From: Candidatus Bathyarchaeia archaeon
GTDB lineage: Archaea > Thermoproteota > Bathyarchaeia > Bathyarchaeales > Bathycorpusculaceae
Length of the DNA stretch: 64,000 nt
Reading direction: 5' to 3'
NCBI GenBank assembly: GCA_049515895.1
Contig: JBEKTQ010000016.1
Location: 32,734 to 96,733 of the forward strand
The translations under genes were made by a program, and so were the position numbers. Shown here piece by piece: positions 1-10,916 of this stretch. The notes below the pieces were generated by a model. It had not been told where the DNA came from. It saw nothing but the letters and a program-made list of their open reading frames with translations, and did no database searches. Numbering within the stretch: the stretch's first letter is position 1; every line of letters begins with the position of its first letter.

Positions 1-162
1 TTCGATTATTTTTCTTGTTTTGTCATTGCTATCATATTCATCAATTACTACAATCTCAAAGTCGGCGAAAGTTTGGTCCAAAATCGATTTTATGCAATTA
101 CCAATATACTTCTCGACGTTTCTAACACACATTAATACGCTTACAGTTTGCTTGGCTTCCAA
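1..162 (-). CDS. Glycosyltransferase family 2, N-terminal part (runs off the window edge)
   Basis: Own translation from TTG at 162: MEAKQTVSVLMCVRNVEKYIGNCIKSILDQTFADFEIVVIDE, a typical GT2 N-terminus; GGGAG upstream. Confidence 0.85.
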   Translation of the reverse strand, partial: MEAKQTVSVLMCVRNVEKYIGNCIKSILDQTFADFEIVVIDEYDSNDKTRKIIE

Positions 163-235
163 TAAACTCCCTCGCTCTCACAGAATTGCAAACACTCAAC
201 AAGACTTGTTAAGTTTCTTGACTTTTAGTTATCTA

Positions 236-1804
236 TCAATGATTTGGGCTTATTAGCACATAGGAATTACCGTCGTTGTATAGCAAGTCTAATCTTTCCC
301 CTTGAGAAAGGCTCTGCATAGAACTGTAATTACCTAATTCCACACCCACAAGTTGTGGCGGATAAAGTATGGCATTCGCTTTGGCACCTTTACTCAAGGT
401 TGGGCTGATATATTCGTAAACACTCAGTTTGGGTGACAAGTACGTGTTTGTCCAGAAGTCTGAAACAACGAAGCCAGGTTTTTCCCAATTGTAGTGGTTC
501 AAGAAAAAGTTGTCCGCAATGTAGTTTTCTCTTGTTTGGAACCCTAATTCGGGGTTGAACGAAGTGTGAAGTGGCACAAAAAGGAACAGCACTATCAAAA
601 CCGAGAATAATACTGCAAAGTATGGTTTGAATTTGCCTTGAAACAGAAATGCTGCTCCCAGAGAGATAGGAACGAAAGCTACTGCTAAAGCACGCCAGCC
701 GAGAGTATTCAACACTTGACCCAAGGCCGAATATAACACACCAGCAAAAAGAAGCGCTTTTTCAATAGCATTCACTTTTCTTTTGATTAATAGGAGAATA
801 AAACCAGCAACGCATATAGTAACGGCGGCGATTGTTACGGCTCTGGAAAAAAATTGAGCTGTACTAGCGATTGAAGTTTGAGCTGCAGTCGACGTTACCA
901 CCGAGAAGAAATAAGAATAAGATTCCACAGGCACTTTTGTAATGCTTATAATGAGTTGCTGGAAAGAAAAGCTTGCCAGGGTGAGTTGTGTTAGGAAGTA
1001 ACTGACCAACGCAAATAGAAAGAAGTTTCTAAGCTGAGTTTTAATTTGTCTGTTCTTTTCGAATAGACTTCGGATCAATAAATATAAAACAAAAAACAGG
1101 GGTACAAAAAGGTGCGTTATCAAAAGGCTCGCAAACAACACAAACTCCGTCACCATTATGGCAATGCTCCTTTGCTGGGTCTCCAGCATAAAAAGGAGAA
1201 ATAGAAGCATGAGAGCTGCCGTAAAAGGGACAGCTTGGTAATCCATGAAATACATGATTGAAATGAAAAAGGCCGTTACCATTATGACGCCACCATTCGT
1301 GTATTTTTTGGAACCGTACACAAACAGGGCGGTAGGCAACAAGAAACCTATGAGTGTAAACAGAAGAAATTCGTAATTCGTTAGTGTCAACCCACTTACC
1401 GAAGTTACAATGTCAGCTAAAACGAAAAAAGCGGGCCACGAGTAATAGTAGTGATTCGATTGCAAAGGATCCAAACTTTTTGTTTTTATGAAGTATTCCG
1501 TCAATGCTCTGAAATATTGTGCATCTAGTGTTGACATCATGGAGTAAAAGTAAGAAAGTGAGAAAAAAGTCAGCACAATTCCTATTGAAAGTATCCACTT
1601 CAGAAAGGTGCTTTTGGTTGTCACAGCCATTAGGAACATTGACACCAATAATAGAGGTAAACTAAGCCAATAGAAAATTGAAATGTGATTGAAAACAAAG
1701 TCATTTGCTGACAAAGTTGACAGAGGATAACTTAAGTACCATGAATATATCATGAGCACTAAGCCAACAAAAAATGGCAAAAGCAATAGTCTATTCTTTT
1801 TCAA
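236..1804 (-). CDS. Multi-pass membrane protein of the glycan cluster (GT-C or polymerase-like)
   Basis: 522 aa with about 12-13 hydrophobic segments and a YYSWPAFFVL loop motif; located among glycosyltransferases. Confidence 0.6.
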   Translation of the reverse strand: MKKNRLLLLPFFVGLVLMIYSWYLSYPLSTLSANDFVFNHISIFYWLSLPLLLVSMFLMAVTTKSTFLKWILSIGIVLTFFSLSYFYSMMSTLDAQYFRALTEYFIKTKSLDPLQSNHYYYSWPAFFVLADIVTSVSGLTLTNYEFLLFTLIGFLLPTALFVYGSKKYTNGGVIMVTAFFISIMYFMDYQAVPFTAALMLLFLLFMLETQQRSIAIMVTEFVLFASLLITHLFVPLFFVLYLLIRSLFEKNRQIKTQLRNFFLFALVSYFLTQLTLASFSFQQLIISITKVPVESYSYFFSVVTSTAAQTSIASTAQFFSRAVTIAAVTICVAGFILLLIKRKVNAIEKALLFAGVLYSALGQVLNTLGWRALAVAFVPISLGAAFLFQGKFKPYFAVLFSVLIVLFLFVPLHTSFNPELGFQTRENYIADNFFLNHYNWEKPGFVVSDFWTNTYLSPKLSVYEYISPTLSKGAKANAILYPPQLVGVELGNYSSMQSLSQGERLDLLYNDGNSYVLISPNH

Positions 1805-2288
1805 ACTTTACACCTTGTCAACTTGGCATCAATCTGGAATTGATAATTTTCTAAATCCCTTGTAACCTTCTTCCAGCGTAAATTTTTCGATGACCATTGC
1901 AACTTTGAATTGAAGCGCGCGTGTTTCATAGTAAAGCTAATTTGTCACCCTTTGTCGCTAAAACAATACTAATCGTCGGTTTATTAATCGAATTTTCTGG
2001 CGTAGGAAGATGCCATATTTTTTCATCAACGGGTACAGCTATTGCATTTTCTTTTCGTGAAGATTTATGCTTTTCCAATCTCTACAGAGACCATCTAACA
2101 CGTTGTAAAGTCTGGCGCGCGCTTAAAAAGAATAAGAGCCACAGAAGCAAACGAGCCTCCTTCTGACATTGCCGTTTTGCACAAGTTTAGAAACGAAGTG
2201 GGTCCTGCACGCGGGATAGGTTGTGATATTGGCAGAATGAGATAAAAGATTCCAAGATTTGTCTTTTCTGCGAATCTTCATGCATAGA

Positions 2289-3488
2289 CTATTCAATTAT
2301 TCGCTTAAGGAATTTATCCATTTTTATGAAATTATTCTCAAGAGAGAACACATGTGCATTTTTGATAGCGTTTTCCTGATAACGGTTCAGCAAACTTTTG
2401 TCGTATAATTTATTTTTTAGATCAATATAATTTTTATAAACAAAACCTATCTCATATTTGTTTATTATTTCTTCACACCCTTGCAGATAACCTTCAGGAA
2501 CAATGATCGGAATTCCTGCGAGAAGGGCCATTGAAAACCTCTGAGGTATGCTATTACTAAACCTGTATAAGCCTGAAGTGCGCCAGAAATTATAGGTAAC
2601 TAAACATGCGTCAAACTGAGTCAAAAATGTGGCAAAAGTACCGTCTGCAATTTCCTGATAATTAAACCTGTTGAATTGGTGAATAAAACCCAAGTTTTTA
2701 AACGCACGCTCTTCAATTAGACCTTCCCGTGCGTTCGCATAAGCAGACGAAAACAAGCGGCTAGCCCAACCAACTTGGTTTAGGTTGCACATATGGACGT
2801 GAATTTTCCTCGAGGCTACCTCTTCAATTTGCGGAAGAATGTCGCGATCGTCAATGCCAATGAAAACTACGTGCGGTTGACAGTCAACCGCTGATAGAAG
2901 AGGTAACCTCCTTCGGTAATAGAATTTCTCAGTGAAACATTCCGAAAAAAGCAAGTTTTCTCCCAGATGTATGCCGAATACATTTCGCATATAGTTATAC
3001 ATTCTTTGAGTAGGAAATACCCGTCCATCTAGTTTATTCACAATTCGTTTATTGAAAAAGTTCTCAATCTTGTAACCTAACCTAATACTGCTACAAGGAT
3101 ACGTGAGGAACTCGTAAACTATGGGCACATGGAATCTTTGCGCCATGCCGATCTCGGGGAGACCGTAAGAACCCCAATTTCCATAAATTAGCTCTTTTTC
3201 TGTCTTATCAATAATCCGACAGAGTCTATCGCGTTTGAAGCCCAAGTTTTTTGCCACACCATATAAAAGGGCTTTTCTATACCACATTAGTGGGCCCTTG
3301 AACATAGCATGAATTTTACTATCCTCATATAAATTGTAGACTGGAATATTCGTCCCATAAATTCTCTCGCGAAATGCCCAGTCTGAAGTGTTTATGACTG
3401 TAACTTTATAATCATGTTCAGATAGGTAAGACAGAAAAGACTCTGACGCGAAGGTCAATTGACCTATAAATAAAAACTCAATAGGCAT
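2289..3488 (-). CDS. Putative GT-B fold glycosyltransferase
   Basis: 399 aa; C-terminal SIPQRFSMALLAGIPIIV...EIINKYEIGFV resembles the GT4 P-x-K/E-x-x-A-G-x-P region. Confidence 0.6.
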   Translation of the reverse strand: MPIEFLFIGQLTFASESFLSYLSEHDYKVTVINTSDWAFRERIYGTNIPVYNLYEDSKIHAMFKGPLMWYRKALLYGVAKNLGFKRDRLCRIIDKTEKELIYGNWGSYGLPEIGMAQRFHVPIVYEFLTYPCSSIRLGYKIENFFNKRIVNKLDGRVFPTQRMYNYMRNVFGIHLGENLLFSECFTEKFYYRRRLPLLSAVDCQPHVVFIGIDDRDILPQIEEVASRKIHVHMCNLNQVGWASRLFSSAYANAREGLIEERAFKNLGFIHQFNRFNYQEIADGTFATFLTQFDACLVTYNFWRTSGLYRFSNSIPQRFSMALLAGIPIIVPEGYLQGCEEIINKYEIGFVYKNYIDLKNKLYDKSLLNRYQENAIKNAHVFSLENNFIKMDKFLKRIIE

Positions 3489-4096
3489 GAACTTGCGCGC
3501 CCCTATTTATTGAACATATATTAATCGCAAATCTTCCCCACTAATCAAGATAGTAGTAGCGTTGCTATTCAATACGGAATTATCAAGACAGAGCAAACAG
3601 TCAAGTCCATCTTTGCTATAATGGCAGCGCGCGCTCGTTGCAACTTTTAGCAATTTGGTTTTTATACAAATGTCAATAGGTTAGAAATGTTAGGTTAAAA
3701 GATAAAGGGGATTTCCCTATTCTGCTAAGTTTCTAAGTGCTTAAAATATTTAATAAAATGTGGTTGGTAAGCACAGTAAACCCAATTACTAAAAAATAAG
3801 GTTTCTAATTTTAGTTTAATTTATGCCTTATATACTCTTCGATTGTATGCCAGCCTTGAACTGAATGTGCTTTTTAGGCAATATAGCAACTATCAACTTT
3901 TTTCTCGTTCAAAGACCGAAAGTCGTTTAACTGGTTCGCAAAATAGTTTCCATATGTCTTAAAGCACCAACTCTTCGCGCTTTTAAGTTTTAGTAAGAGA
4001 TCGATCTGTTAACCAGAGGCACTTAATTAAGAACTCAAAATCAACGTTAAAAAAAGTTCTGTAAAGCTCGCCATATTCAGGTTCACATAAAAATCG

Positions 4097-4903
4097 TCAT
4101 TGAATTAGTCCAAACTTTCGCAGGAGAATTAGTCCAAACTTTCGCAGGAATAAAAAAACCTTTATTGAAAAAGTGATGTTCACGGAAAACACAGAGTTCT
4201 TACCAATAGCATTAGCGGAAAAGGCAAACTTCTTCCCAACAGCTACAGAATACAGTGCATCTTGTAAAGTTAATAAAACTTTTCTTGAAAAAGTGATGTT
4301 CACGGGAAACGCAGACTTCTTCCCAATAGCTACGGAATACAGTGCATAATCCAGTTTGCTTGGTTGCCATTCGCTAGGTTTCTTAGCCTTGAGCCACACT
4401 CCAAACCCAACAGTATCATAATGCAAGTCTTGAATTACAAAGTCTGCAAATATGTGCTTCATATCTTCTGGTTCGTATCTCCAAAAATCGAATGGATACC
4501 CGTGGTAAGGGAACCCGTAAGAACGCGTGGTAATAATCATAGTTCCGCCAGGTTTTAGTATTCTTTTTAAATTGTCTATGACGATTTTCCAATCGAACAC
4601 ATGCTCAAGCATTTCTGTAGATATTACTATATCAAATGCGTTTTCTCCAAACTTTTCAACTATTTTTTCTGCTGGAACTATCATATCTACATATTTGCCG
4701 TTGGAAATATCCACTCCTATATAGGATGAAGGTTTTCCAAAATTGGTCACAGTTGGTCTAACGCTTCCGTTGACATCTTTGCTACCGACTTCGATTACGG
4801 ACTTATTGTGAAAGTCTTCTGGGGTTGATTTTACTAAATCCGCGAACCACTTGATTATATCTGATCCACACATTATTTTGCCTCCCATCCTACCTTGAGT
4901 CAA
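4097..4903 (-). CDS. Class I SAM-dependent methyltransferase
   Basis: VIEVGS, YIGVDI, FDIVISTEMLEHV, LKPGG and PYHGYPFDFWRY motifs; C-terminus has internal duplications. Confidence 0.85.
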   Translation of the reverse strand: MTQGRMGGKIMCGSDIIKWFADLVKSTPEDFHNKSVIEVGSKDVNGSVRPTVTNFGKPSSYIGVDISNGKYVDMIVPAEKIVEKFGENAFDIVISTEMLEHVFDWKIVIDNLKRILKPGGTMIITTRSYGFPYHGYPFDFWRYEPEDMKHIFADFVIQDLHYDTVGFGVWLKAKKPSEWQPSKLDYALYSVAIGKKSAFPVNITFSRKVLLTLQDALYSVAVGKKFAFSANAIGKNSVFSVNITFSIKVFLFLRKFGLILLRKFGLIQ

Positions 4904-4922
4904 AATACAGTTGATAATATAG

Positions 4923-5219
4923 TAGACCTTAGGCCCTATTATTTTTTAACCAAGTTCATGGAAATTTATCACTTTCGGTTGGATTTCAGATAATCAATTT
5001 TCCAGCTATACGAAAGTTAACCAACCCGCACACGATGTCAGTCATGATATCGTAACGCCTAAGCCGATTCCTAAACTCATCTCCAAATATGTGAAACTTT
5101 TTCACCCTATAGTTTGTATGTTCCACGACCACTCTGTCCTTTGCCAACGCCTTATTGAATGCCCTCTGCTCAACTGAAAGCTCCTTCGCCTTGACACCGC
5201 GTTTGCCTCGTCCAAGAGG
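4923..5219 (-). mobile_element. IS5-family (ISL2 group, DDE_Tnp_4-like) transposase remnant: C-terminal fragment and one end
   Basis: Own translation of 5219->4986: ...FNKALAKDRVVVEHTNYRVKKFHIFGDEFRNRLRRYDIMTDIVCGLVNFR*, with the N-x(6)-R-x-x-VEH signature; TAGACCTT at 4923 resembles an ISL2-type terminus; no N-terminus. Confidence 0.7.
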
Positions 5220-5410
5220 AGAGAGAGAGAAAGATTAAAATTTAATCCCTAGAATAAGTCAATGAACTTGGCGAGTTGCTCATCAGTCGCTGTTTAAGAA
5301 AGGGTTTGATTTCTTCGTTCTTGCTTAACGGAATAGGGATGAGATGCTGCTTGTATTCGTAGCCTGGTTGGTTTTTCTTGTATTTCTTGCTTACAGTTCT
5401 CGTCTGGATC

Positions 5411-5662
5411 CTAACCAAGGCTTTGACCCCCGCTTTTTTGCGATAGCAGATCGCTTAGCTTGTATTCGAGCTGCTGCATTTTCTTCTGCTGAGCGAGCAG
5501 TATGCACATGGCCATGGGCTCAAAAATAATTGGGTTGCATGCGCAGTTGCCGGCAGAAGCAAGATTCCTACACATATCCATCAGTACATCAAAAGCCTGC
5601 TTGTCTTCTTCGTCTGGCAGCGAGTTTCGGAAGTTTTTCCATCTGCCAATTTCACTAAAGCT
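5411..5662 (-). pseudogene. 5'-truncated small helical protein of the type found in archaeal PolB2 operons
   Basis: Own translation: EIGRWKNFRNSLPDEEDKQAFDVLMDMCRNLASAGNCACNPIIFEPMAMCILLAQQKK; in-frame stop upstream and no start codon; family assigned from recall. Confidence 0.55.
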
Positions 5663-5788
5663 CTAAATATTTAAGCTTTTAGCTATTAAATCTAATGGCT
5701 TCTACTGGACCAAGAACTAAATAAGATATTACATGAAAACATAGCATTAGGCTTAAAGCGCAAAAGCCAACTGCTTGTTCATGTATGC

Positions 5789-6850
5789 TTATGGAGGCGT
5801 AACGGTTAATACAGTGCCGTAAATCCACATATCAGGCGTTGTTGTACTTTCAGCAGAAGGATTACTTGAGCACCAATTTATACACATAACAAATCCTGTT
5901 GGAGTAACCATTTTTCCTTCAGCATAGCCACCGCCAGTCACATAATTCCAAGGGTCAGCTTCATATTGAGATGCCACGGTGAAATCATAAGTTACCTTAA
6001 CCCAGCCACCACTATTCGGCGGCACACAAGTAGCAGTGTCAGAAGCAGGATAAGTTGGATAAAGAGGAGTACCATCAGTTGAGTCAATTCCGCAAATTCT
6101 TCCATCAGGACCAAACATGTCAACTTCTACATGCCCACCGTAAGGATAACCAGAATTTCCAAGACTGCCTGAAGCAGTCCAAACATAAGCTGAGAAATAA
6201 AGAGTATCTCCAGGCGCAATAGATACTAATTGGCCGTCTAATTCATCAGCCGCTGGGCCTCCATATTGTGTAGCATAATAAGCAGCGTTCGGTGTCATTT
6301 GTATTGCTGTTTGCCCACTTTTTGTAACGAGAGTATCCATTCCAACAGAACCACCCGGCGCGTTTAAACTCCATGAATCAATAGATAACCCATTTGCTGG
6401 ACCACCATAAATTGGAGGGCAAGTCCAAAAATACGCTGGAGGAATAGGAGCCAAGTTATTTCCACTCGGCGTAGGAGTCGGAGTGGGCGAAAGAGAAGGA
6501 GTCGGAGTGGACGAAAGAGAAGGAGTCGGAGTGGACGAAAGAGAAGGAGTCGGAGTGGACGAAAGAGAAGGAGTCGGAGTGGACGAAAGAGAAGGAGTCG
6601 GAGTGGGCGAAAGAGAAGGAGTCGGAGTGGGCGAAAGAGAAGGAGTCGGAGTGGGCGAAAGAGAAGGAGTCGGAGTGGGCGAAAGAGAAGGAGTCGGAGT
6701 GGGCGAAAGAGAAGGAGAAGGAGGATAATTGATATTACCTTGAGAAATAAAGCTAGTTTGTGCTGAAGTTTGTGCTTCTGAGCGAGATTGCAGTAAACAA
6801 CAGCATAGTAAAATGCAAGCAAAGAATATCAGATATTTTTTTCTCTTCAC
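5789..6850 (-). CDS. Secreted protein with Pro/Thr/Ser linker and beta-rich (possibly carbohydrate-binding) domain
   Basis: N-terminal signal-like peptide, (SLS[P/S]TPTP)x10 linker, aromatic/Gly-rich C-terminal domain. Confidence 0.7.
   Translation of the reverse strand: MKRKKYLIFFACILLCCCLLQSRSEAQTSAQTSFISQGNINYPPSPSLSPTPTPSLSPTPTPSLSPTPTPSLSPTPTPSLSPTPTPSLSSTPTPSLSSTPTPSLSSTPTPSLSSTPTPSLSPTPTPTPSGNNLAPIPPAYFWTCPPIYGGPANGLSIDSWSLNAPGGSVGMDTLVTKSGQTAIQMTPNAAYYATQYGGPAADELDGQLVSIAPGDTLYFSAYVWTASGSLGNSGYPYGGHVEVDMFGPDGRICGIDSTDGTPLYPTYPASDTATCVPPNSGGWVKVTYDFTVASQYEADPWNYVTGGGYAEGKMVTPTGFVMCINWCSSNPSAESTTTPDMWIYGTVLTVTPP
6473..6717. repeat. Coding tandem repeat, 24 bp x 10
   Basis: Unit AGGAGTCGGAGTGG[G/A]CGAAAGAGA. 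Confidence 0.95.
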
Positions 6851-7045
6851 CTAATCCACCGATTCAGGCTTCGCGCGTATACACCTGATATCGTGTATCT
6901 TAAGCTTCTATATAAGATGGACGTGTTATAAATCCATTCATGCTATTTGTTAAACACAAATACACGCACACACATCTTTGAACAGACCACAGACAGGGCT
7001 TTCGTGGTCAAAAGTAAAGTTCGCATTCCTGCTCACTCTCTTCTT

Positions 7046-7957
7046 TCATTTTTCTACTGGCGCGCAAAGTTTTTCTGCAACAACAATTATATTTTCTTTA
7101 AAATTTTCGAAAAAATAAATATCCGTTAGCTTGTCAAAAAATATCCAAAGATGAAAAATTATTGAAGGCTTTACCTGTAAGTAACGATCTACCCAAGGTT
7201 TTCCAACGGACGGAAATCCAGTCATTAATATCTTATTCACTCTCATTCCACTTTCGTTGAGCTTTTTCCTGATATTCCATGGATTTAATCTGCCTTGACG
7301 TTCATAATAAGAAGAGTCGCCTCCGAAAGCGCGGATAATCCCATTAGAAACGTTCGTTGGAAGTATGTCATCGATAAACATTTCTGGACTAAAAGAGTTA
7401 GTGGTAGAAATTAATATTTTCCCACCTCGCTTAAGGGAAAAAGCGAGCTCGCGAATGCCCGCCTGTTTGCCTTTAACATGTTCCAAGACATCTTGACAAA
7501 TGATGACATCGAATGCGTCTTCATGAAATGGCATTTTCCGTATATCTCCAATTACAAATAACGGTTTATTCTTACCAATTGCTTTAGCCATTTTTATCGA
7601 ATTTTCAATGTTTTTGCGACTGATATCTAAGCCAACACCTTGGATGTTTTCTGGCGTCTCGGCTAGGTATCCACCGTCGGGACCGCAACCAGCCTCAAGA
7701 ATTAGCAATGAGTTTTTGATGTGTGATCTAAAAAGAATTCGAAGCTGCGATTGATAAAACGGATACTTATAAGAACCTAAATACCAATAATCAATTCCCT
7801 CACTATGACTATTAAGAATTCTCAAACTTGAACCCCTCCGAAGAATACCATGAACTTCATAGCCCTTGGAAAGCAAAAAATCCAGGCTAAATAACAACCA
7901 TCTTGCCCAGTTATTCCAGTAATTAATGCTTTTTTCACGGTTTAGCACCACTTGCAA
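7046..7957 (-). CDS. SAM-dependent methyltransferase; true start uncertain because the 5' part overlaps a gmd remnant
   Basis: ILEAGCG, GLDIS, GDIRKMPF, FDVIICQDVLEHV, LKRGG motifs. Confidence 0.75.
   Translation of the reverse strand: MQVVLNREKSINYWNNWARWLLFSLDFLLSKGYEVHGILRRGSSLRILNSHSEGIDYWYLGSYKYPFYQSQLRILFRSHIKNSLLILEAGCGPDGGYLAETPENIQGVGLDISRKNIENSIKMAKAIGKNKPLFVIGDIRKMPFHEDAFDVIICQDVLEHVKGKQAGIRELAFSLKRGGKILISTTNSFSPEMFIDDILPTNVSNGIIRAFGGDSSYYERQGRLNPWNIRKKLNESGMRVNKILMTGFPSVGKPWVDRYLQVKPSIIFHLWIFFDKLTDIYFFENFKENIIVVAEKLCAPVEK
7826..7938 (-). pseudogene. gmd: GDP-mannose 4,6-dehydratase N-terminal remnant (frameshifted)
   Basis: GTG at 7938 gives MKKALITGITGQDGCYLA; after a frameshift it continues DFLLSKGYEVHGILRRGSS, the classic Gmd N-terminus. 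Confidence 0.8.
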
Positions 7958-8060
7958 CTAGCAACGTTTATTCTTCCAATCTCTTCCATTTCTCTAATTA
8001 TTTTTGTGAATTTTTAATCATATTTTGAAATCACAAAATCCAACAATTCAAATCTGGTGG

Positions 8061-9251
8061 TTACGAGCAAAATTCCCTATACACGTGGAGATATTTCTCC
8101 GCGGTCCGTTCAACGTTGTATCTGTTTCTGCCAAACGACCTGATGTCATTGCTGAAACTATCTAGGTCACGGCTGTTCCGCGTTCTCACCAGTTCATCAG
8201 CCAAACTCTCCATGTCATCACTAACTATGCCATACTTTCCACTATCAGAGAGCTCAACTGCAAAAGGCATCCTAAGCAGCAGTGGAATCTTACCCAAACA
8301 TATCCCGTCAAGAAGTGCCATAGGACAAGCATCGTAAAAGCTGAGCAAAGCAATAAACTTGCAACGCTTCATGCTTTCCACCAATTGTGCCCTAGGTGTA
8401 AATCCTTTAAGCTCAATATTTCGCAATCCTAAAAACTTAATTTCTGAACGCATTTTATTAAATAAAGGCCCAGTACCATGTACAACTATCCGAAACGGCG
8501 TTCCCCTTTCCTGCAGCAGAAATGCGAGCCTAATAATGTTCAAAGCACCCTTTCTCCAAAATAAACGACCTGCAAAAAGGATGGTGTTTTCATCTTCTGG
8601 CACATCATCAGATTGGCTGTATTCCTTATCAAGTCTGTCAAGATTAATTCCATTATAAATAAATCGAGTTCTATCAGAATACTTTTGGCCCATCTCTGAT
8701 AGCAAGTCAGATTTCAAACTACCTGAAACAGCCACCGAAAGATCAGAGAGACGAAATTCCTTTCCATAAGTAAAAGATTCAAGAGGATATCCGATTACAT
8801 AAGTCCTCAAATCCATGAAACTTCCACCTCGAAGAATGGCACGCGAACTCCAAATCTTTTCCATAAGCGGACTATCATGAAAAGTGACTATGAAAGGCGC
8901 AAAATCCTTCAAACTTACAATCGCGGGAAAAGCAGAACCGCTTTGCCCATGGATTATATCGGGTGCTTTTTCTCTCATTAGCCGCTGAATTTTCTTCTGA
9001 TTAGCCAATTGAAAAACAACATGATGAGGCGGGACATTTGGATAAGGAAGCCTTATTACACTTACTCCTTCATCAACTGTCGGCTCAAATTCCTTTCCGA
9101 AACTATTACTTGGGTAACCACAAACAACTGTTACTTCAACACCTAACTTTGTAAGACTCGTCGCCAAGTTCTTAACGAAGCCACCTATCCCTCCGAAGAT
9201 ATGTGGAGGATACTCATGAGTCAAGAAAACAACTTTCAAATGTTTCACCAC
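8061..9251 (-). CDS. Glycosyltransferase family 4
   Basis: HEYPPHIFGGIG, IYNGI, ILFAGRLFWRKG, SFYDACPMALLDG motifs. Confidence 0.9.
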   Translation of the reverse strand: MVKHLKVVFLTHEYPPHIFGGIGGFVKNLATSLTKLGVEVTVVCGYPSNSFGKEFEPTVDEGVSVIRLPYPNVPPHHVVFQLANQKKIQRLMREKAPDIIHGQSGSAFPAIVSLKDFAPFIVTFHDSPLMEKIWSSRAILRGGSFMDLRTYVIGYPLESFTYGKEFRLSDLSVAVSGSLKSDLLSEMGQKYSDRTRFIYNGINLDRLDKEYSQSDDVPEDENTILFAGRLFWRKGALNIIRLAFLLQERGTPFRIVVHGTGPLFNKMRSEIKFLGLRNIELKGFTPRAQLVESMKRCKFIALLSFYDACPMALLDGICLGKIPLLLRMPFAVELSDSGKYGIVSDDMESLADELVRTRNSRDLDSFSNDIRSFGRNRYNVERTAEKYLHVYREFCS

Positions 9252-9427
9252 TGCATTTGAGTCTAAGTATCTATTGAATTAATATCTGAATGAAAAACTG
9301 AAAGGCGCATCCTGCAGTTAACATTGCATCTCTGTCGCCATTAATCAGAACCGCAGTCAGTTTGTCAGTTTTTTCTGAACTGGTTATTAACTTACCCGAT
9401 GAATCGTTAGTCCTGGACAGGAATCGC

Positions 9428-10612
9428 CTATTTTGCACGGCGAGTTGATGGTATGGTGGTGATAAATAGACTCTGGCGACGCCTGGCTATTCTGAAGAGG
9501 GCAGCTACAAGAGAGTATTGGGATTGGATGAAAGAAATGATTAAGGAGCGGGTTTTCCCAACTATGAAGAGCAAAAGCATTATGATCCAGAATGGCAAAA
9601 CCACCAAAGGCGTTAGCACAGTTGTAATAACTAATGAAACGACACCAAGTAGAAACACGCTTGGTAGTACGCAATCCATGATAAAATGGGTGGGCATAAT
9701 CAGCATGCCAAACTTACCGGTCTTCCTCTTCAACAGCATATTCTTAAACAGCAACATGGCCCCAATAAGCAGCGCGGCTCTACGGATTTGCTGCGTTGTT
9801 CTATCAGAAAAGGAGCTAGGCGCATACTCGTAATATTTTGCTTGCTCATCATAAACTGTCCTGAAACCCATTAACTTCGCTTGGTAAGGCACGCAAGAGT
9901 CAAAAGACGCATTTGGCGAAAGCTGAAGTTTCTCAAACAAGCTCCTGCATATTTCCCGTCTAACAGCCAAAATCTCTCCTTTTGAGTCAGGAGTCGAATC
10001 AATTTCAGATTCTGCTTTTCGCATAAAGTCATAAAAGAACCGATAAGACTTCTCCAACGTCGGACCTAACTCTTTTTCGCCGCCCATCACTATTTCTTTT
10101 CCAGTCACAGCCCCAATCGCCGGGTCCACAAAGTGCTTGGTCAAGTGTTGCATGGCATCCGGATAATAAAAGGACGCCGCATCCGTTGCAACAATTATAT
10201 CGCCTTTCGAATTGACGATTCCGTCAATCATTGCTTGAGTGTAGCCGCTCCTTTTTTCCGGTCTGATTAACCGAATCGATTTCTTTGACTTTTTAGAACG
10301 ATCAATTATTAGTTTACAGGTTCCGTCAGATGAACACCCGTCTACAAAAACAACCTCAAACCTATCGCTAGGATAAACCATTTCTTCGATGTTCTCGATT
10401 TTCCTGCCGATGATTTGTTCCTCATTATAGACCGGAACAATAAGAGAAACAGAAGGATACGAGAACTCAACCAGTTTCCCGTTCGACCTGCTCTTCTTAT
10501 TGTAGTAAAATAAGTAGGCAAGATAGCTTGTATAAAATATGATTATGGTTCCAAACGAGAACAATGTTAGAATCAGAAAAACTTCATTCAAAAGCACTGC
10601 TTCAACCTCCAA
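9428..10612 (-). CDS. Glycosyltransferase family 2 (membrane-bound, PgaC/IcaA-like)
   Basis: SLIVPVYNEE, VDGCSSDGT, TDAA, QQIRR; N- and C-terminal transmembrane segments. Confidence 0.9.
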   Translation of the reverse strand: MEVEAVLLNEVFLILTLFSFGTIIIFYTSYLAYLFYYNKKSRSNGKLVEFSYPSVSLIVPVYNEEQIIGRKIENIEEMVYPSDRFEVVFVDGCSSDGTCKLIIDRSKKSKKSIRLIRPEKRSGYTQAMIDGIVNSKGDIIVATDAASFYYPDAMQHLTKHFVDPAIGAVTGKEIVMGGEKELGPTLEKSYRFFYDFMRKAESEIDSTPDSKGEILAVRREICRSLFEKLQLSPNASFDSCVPYQAKLMGFRTVYDEQAKYYEYAPSSFSDRTTQQIRRAALLIGAMLLFKNMLLKRKTGKFGMLIMPTHFIMDCVLPSVFLLGVVSLVITTVLTPLVVLPFWIIMLLLFIVGKTRSLIISFIQSQYSLVAALFRIARRRQSLFITTIPSTRRAK

Positions 10613-10654
10613 AAACTCTTAATAAATTGATTCCAGCACTGTATTCAGGAAAGT

Positions 10655-10903
10655 CTAAACCTGGTTTTTAGCCTTGAGCTCGATTTCTTTCAGCCGCTTT
10701 TGATACTGAGCAGTTATCTTTACGGTTTTGAAACCGCCCCGCCTATTGGACAGCTTAATAGAACAAAAACAGTGAGATTCAGTCTCCACGTTTTTCCAAC
10801 ATGTCAATGCTGTGCCAAAAAAGGAAACAAAGCCCAACCAAGACCAGTTCAGCTGAAAAAACGCCAGCCTAATACAAGCGAGCTTTAAAATACCTTGTTG
10901 CAT
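10655..10903 (-). CDS. Small hypothetical membrane protein (possibly degraded)
   Basis: 82-aa ORF filling the gap in a co-oriented operon, with a hydrophobic N-half. Confidence 0.3.
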   Translation of the reverse strand: MQQGILKLACIRLAFFQLNWSWLGFVSFFGTALTCWKNVETESHCFCSIKLSNRRGGFKTVKITAQYQKRLKEIELKAKNQV

Positions 10904-10916
10904 AATTCCCCGAACC

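Noticed and set aside
6364-6822. Alternative-frame ORFs (LLLFRPLR)n and (EREGVGV)n
   Set aside because: By-products of the stop-free 24-bp repeat; the Pro/Thr frame has the signal peptide and downstream domain.
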